Assembly (NCBI GenBank): GCA_015257795.3 | Contig: CP072208.2 | Span: 480,001 to 512,000 of the forward strand | Reading direction: 5' to 3' | DNA length: 32,000 bases | DNA from: Candidatus Nanogingivalaceae bacterium | GTDB lineage: Bacteria; Patescibacteriota; Saccharimonadia; Saccharimonadales; Saccharimonadaceae | Shown: positions 30,291-32,000 of the stretch, piece after piece | Numbering within the stretch: position 1 is the stretch's first letter | How the letters are laid out: each line of letters opens with the position of its first letter | Program-made: the position numbers and the translations under genes | Notes under the pieces: model-generated | Databases searched by the model: none | Told to the model about the DNA's origin: nothing | The model's input: the letters and a program-made list of their open reading frames with translations, nothing else

Positions 30291-30324
30291 ATGTTTCCTT
30301 TTTTATTTTGCAAATTTTAATTTA

Positions 30325-30353
30325 ATTTTATCACGTTTAAGTTTAAAATTCAA
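30325..30353 (-). promoter_or_regulatory. Promoter TTGAAT-17-TGaTAAAAT for pgk
   Basis: Minus strand TTGAAT (30353-30348), 17-nt spacer, TAAAAT (30330-30325) with TGa. A ~28-nt leader containing an SD follows. Confidence 0.5.
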
Positions 30354-30380
30354 TATTTTAATGTTTTTTTGAAAAAAGTA

Positions 30381-30409
30381 TTGACATTTTGTTTTTAATA
30401 TGTTATTAT
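30381..30409 (+). promoter_or_regulatory. Promoter TTGACA-17-TGtTATTAT with no annotated gene downstream
   Basis: TTGACA at 30381-30386, 17-nt spacer, TG at 30401-30402, TATTAT at 30404-30409. It is divergent from the pgk promoter. Confidence 0.55.
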
Positions 30410-30415
30410 ATGAAC

Positions 30416-30600
30416 ATAATCATCCAAAAATAAAAATATAAAAACAAAAAATGATTATAGAAAGGAAATATTTTGTTTAAAGTTATTCGAGTTAATCAAT
30501 CTGAAGACGCTTACTCAGTAAACGTACGAACAAGTCGCGAAAAATAGTTAAGGCTTTCGAAAAACAAAAAATCGCCCTCCTATCATTGGGGCGATTTTTA
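30416..30600 (+). other. Orphan ~185-nt transcription unit: either a small RNA or an mRNA for a 24-codon sORF (TTG at 30473 to TAG at 30547)
   Basis: It is bounded by the promoter above and the terminator at 30565-30600. A 5' hairpin pairs ATAATCAT (30416-30423) with ATGATTAT (30451-30458). GAAAGGAAA lies 6-7 nt before a TTG-initiated ORF, MFKVIRVNQSEDAYSVNVRTSREK. Confidence 0.4.
30565..30600. terminator. Bidirectional rho-independent terminator (end of typA on the minus strand, end of the orphan unit on the plus strand)
   Basis: ATCGCCC (30571-30577) / GGGCGAT (30588-30594) stem with a 10-nt loop, an A-run before and TTTTT after. Confidence 0.7.
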
Positions 30601-30626
30601 AATGTTTTTATTAAATTGTCAAGTCT

Positions 30627-32000
30627 TTACTTTACAGCTTTTGCCATGCGCTTACGCTCAATCGAATCTAGATATCGTTTTCGAAGTCGCAAATTCTGTG
30701 GTGTAACTTCAAGCAATTCATCGTCTTCAATAAAATCAATACATTGCTCAAGGCTTAAATTAGTATACGGAGTTAATTGAACCGCGCCATCAGAAGATTT
30801 TGAACGCATGTTTGTAAGATGTTTTTCTTTCACGACATTAATTTCAAGGTCTTCTTGGCGGTTATTTAACCCCACGATCATTCCGGCATAAACTTCAGTT
30901 CCTGGTCCAATAAACAATTCTCCACGGCTTTCCGCACTTTGTAGTGCGTATGGCGTTGAAGTTCCTTTTTCGAAAGCAATCAAAACTCCATTTCGGCTAG
31001 AAGGGATTTTTGCTCCCATTTCTTGATAACCATGAGGTAAGCTATTCATAATAATAGTACCTTTTGTTGCGGTCAACATTAAGTTTCGAAGCCCAATCAT
31101 GGCTCGAGTAGTGATAATATACGTTAACCGCGTTGCGCCTGTTGGCAAACTCTCTTGAGAACGCATTTCTGCTCGGCGAGTTCCCATTTCTTGACTTACT
31201 GCGCCCACAAATTCTGGCGCAACTTCAATGATCAATTCTTCAACCGGCTCTTTTTCAACACCATCTTCCTGAATTGTCACCACTTGTGGACGACCAACTT
31301 CGAACTCAAATCCTTCACGCCGTAGAGTTTCAATTAAAACTGAAAGGTGTAGCTCACCGCGACCGGAAACAATAAAACCAATTCCATCTTCTTTAACTTG
31401 AAGTGAAACATTTGTTTCAAGTTCTTTCTTTAGCCTATCACCAATCTGGCGAGAAGTTGTAAATTCACCTTCACGACCCTTCATTGGGCTTGTATTTGGT
31501 CCAAGATACATCGAAAGTGTTGGTTTTTCAACCTCAATTGTTGGTAGGGCTTCAGGGTTATTCACATCGGCTAGAGTTTCACCAATTTCAGCTTCACTAA
31601 TACCCGTAATCGCAACAATATCGCCTGCAAAAGCCTCTGTAATTTCTTCACGATGAAGCCCTCGATACGCAAAAAGCTTATCGATTTTTGACTTTTTAAC
31701 AGTTCCATCACGCTTAATTAGAGCAATTTGTTCTCCAGCTTTAACTTTTCCGCGAGAAATTCGCCCAATAGCATATTTGCCCAAAAAGCTATCGTATGTT
31801 AAAGAAGTTATAAGTAATTGAAAATCACCGTCAACATCAACTTTTGGCGCCGGAATTTCATTAATAATTGCTTCGAAAATAGGTTCAAAATTTGCTTCAG
31901 CTTCTGGATTTTCTGGAACCTCAGGCCAAGCTTTACCATCACGCCCAATCGCATAATAAGTTGGGTAAAGAAGTTGATCGTCGTTCGTTGCTAGCTCTAA
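30627..32000 (-). CDS. typA: Translational GTPase TypA/BipA; the N-terminal G-domain lies beyond the window
   Basis: The ORF-track start at 31784 is an internal TTG. The frame stays open to position 32000 and reads ...LELATNDDQLLYPTYYAIGRDGKAWPEVPENPEAEANFEPIFEAIINEIPAPKVDVDGDFQLLITSLTYDSFLGKYAIGRISRGKVK..., which is typical TypA domain I/II sequence. Confidence 0.93.
   Translation of the reverse strand, partial: LELATNDDQLLYPTYYAIGRDGKAWPEVPENPEAEANFEPIFEAIINEIPAPKVDVDGDFQLLITSLTYDSFLGKYAIGRISRGKVKAGEQIALIKRDGTVKKSKIDKLFAYRGLHREEITEAFAGDIVAITGISEAEIGETLADVNNPEALPTIEVEKPTLSMYLGPNTSPMKGREGEFTTSRQIGDRLKKELETNVSLQVKEDGIGFIVSGRGELHLSVLIETLRREGFEFEVGRPQVVTIQEDGVEKEPVEELIIEVAPEFVGAVSQEMGTRRAEMRSQESLPTGATRLTYIITTRAMIGLRNLMLTATKGTIIMNSLPHGYQEMGAKIPSSRNGVLIAFEKGTSTPYALQSAESRGELFIGPGTEVYAGMIVGLNNRQEDLEINVVKEKHLTNMRSKSSDGAVQLTPYTNLSLEQCIDFIEDDELLEVTPQNLRLRKRYLDSIERKRMAKAVK

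Noticed and set aside
30416-30600. 6S RNA as the identity of the orphan transcript
   Set aside because: The size is right, but the 5' and 3' ends cannot pair to form the closing stem of 6S RNA. The 3' end is a terminator hairpin and the 5' end pairs locally, and no central-bubble architecture is apparent.
31782-31784. ORF-track start of typA at 31784
   Set aside because: It is an internal TTG. The frame remains open to position 32000 and the upstream translation is typical TypA sequence, so the gene is simply truncated by the window.

Overview
AT-rich (about one-third G+C, judged by eye), very gene-dense bacterial chromosome segment. I call 28 protein-coding genes (25 on the minus strand) and two tRNAs: tRNA-Leu(UAA) and tRNA-Cys(GCA). 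Most are core housekeeping genes: nusB-Nudix-rnc, rpmF (missed by the ORF track), leuS, ligA, lemA-htpX, hisS, rarA, sbcB, an M16 peptidase, obg, a LysM-CHAP cell-wall hydrolase, mltG, ruvX, an FtsA-like ATPase, alaS, tpiA, pgk and a partial typA. I found no rRNA, CRISPR array, transposase, integrase or phage gene. The standard genetic code applies, since TGA ends mltG. The compact layout and domain-trimmed enzymes (AlaRS without C-Ala) fit a reduced genome such as a Patescibacteria/CPR lineage, but that is inference only. Six observations stand out. (1) The palindrome TTCGAA, mostly as TTTCGAAA, is strongly over-represented and has two ~3.9 kb deserts. (2) A DUF1704/MATCAP-like metallocarboxypeptidase sits beside a RimB-like retropepsin peptidase at the left edge. 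(3) An FtsA-like actin-fold ATPase plus a 536-aa bitopic protein is inserted into the conserved alaS-ruvX-mltG neighbourhood. (4) Promoter -10 elements sit 6-10 nt from the ATG at about eight genes, which implies leaderless mRNAs. (5) An orphan ~185-nt unit bounded by a promoter and a terminator lies between pgk and typA. (6) A ~200-nt leader with a hairpin over the SD and start codon precedes the LysM-CHAP hydrolase. All functional calls come from motif recognition by eye; no searches were run.
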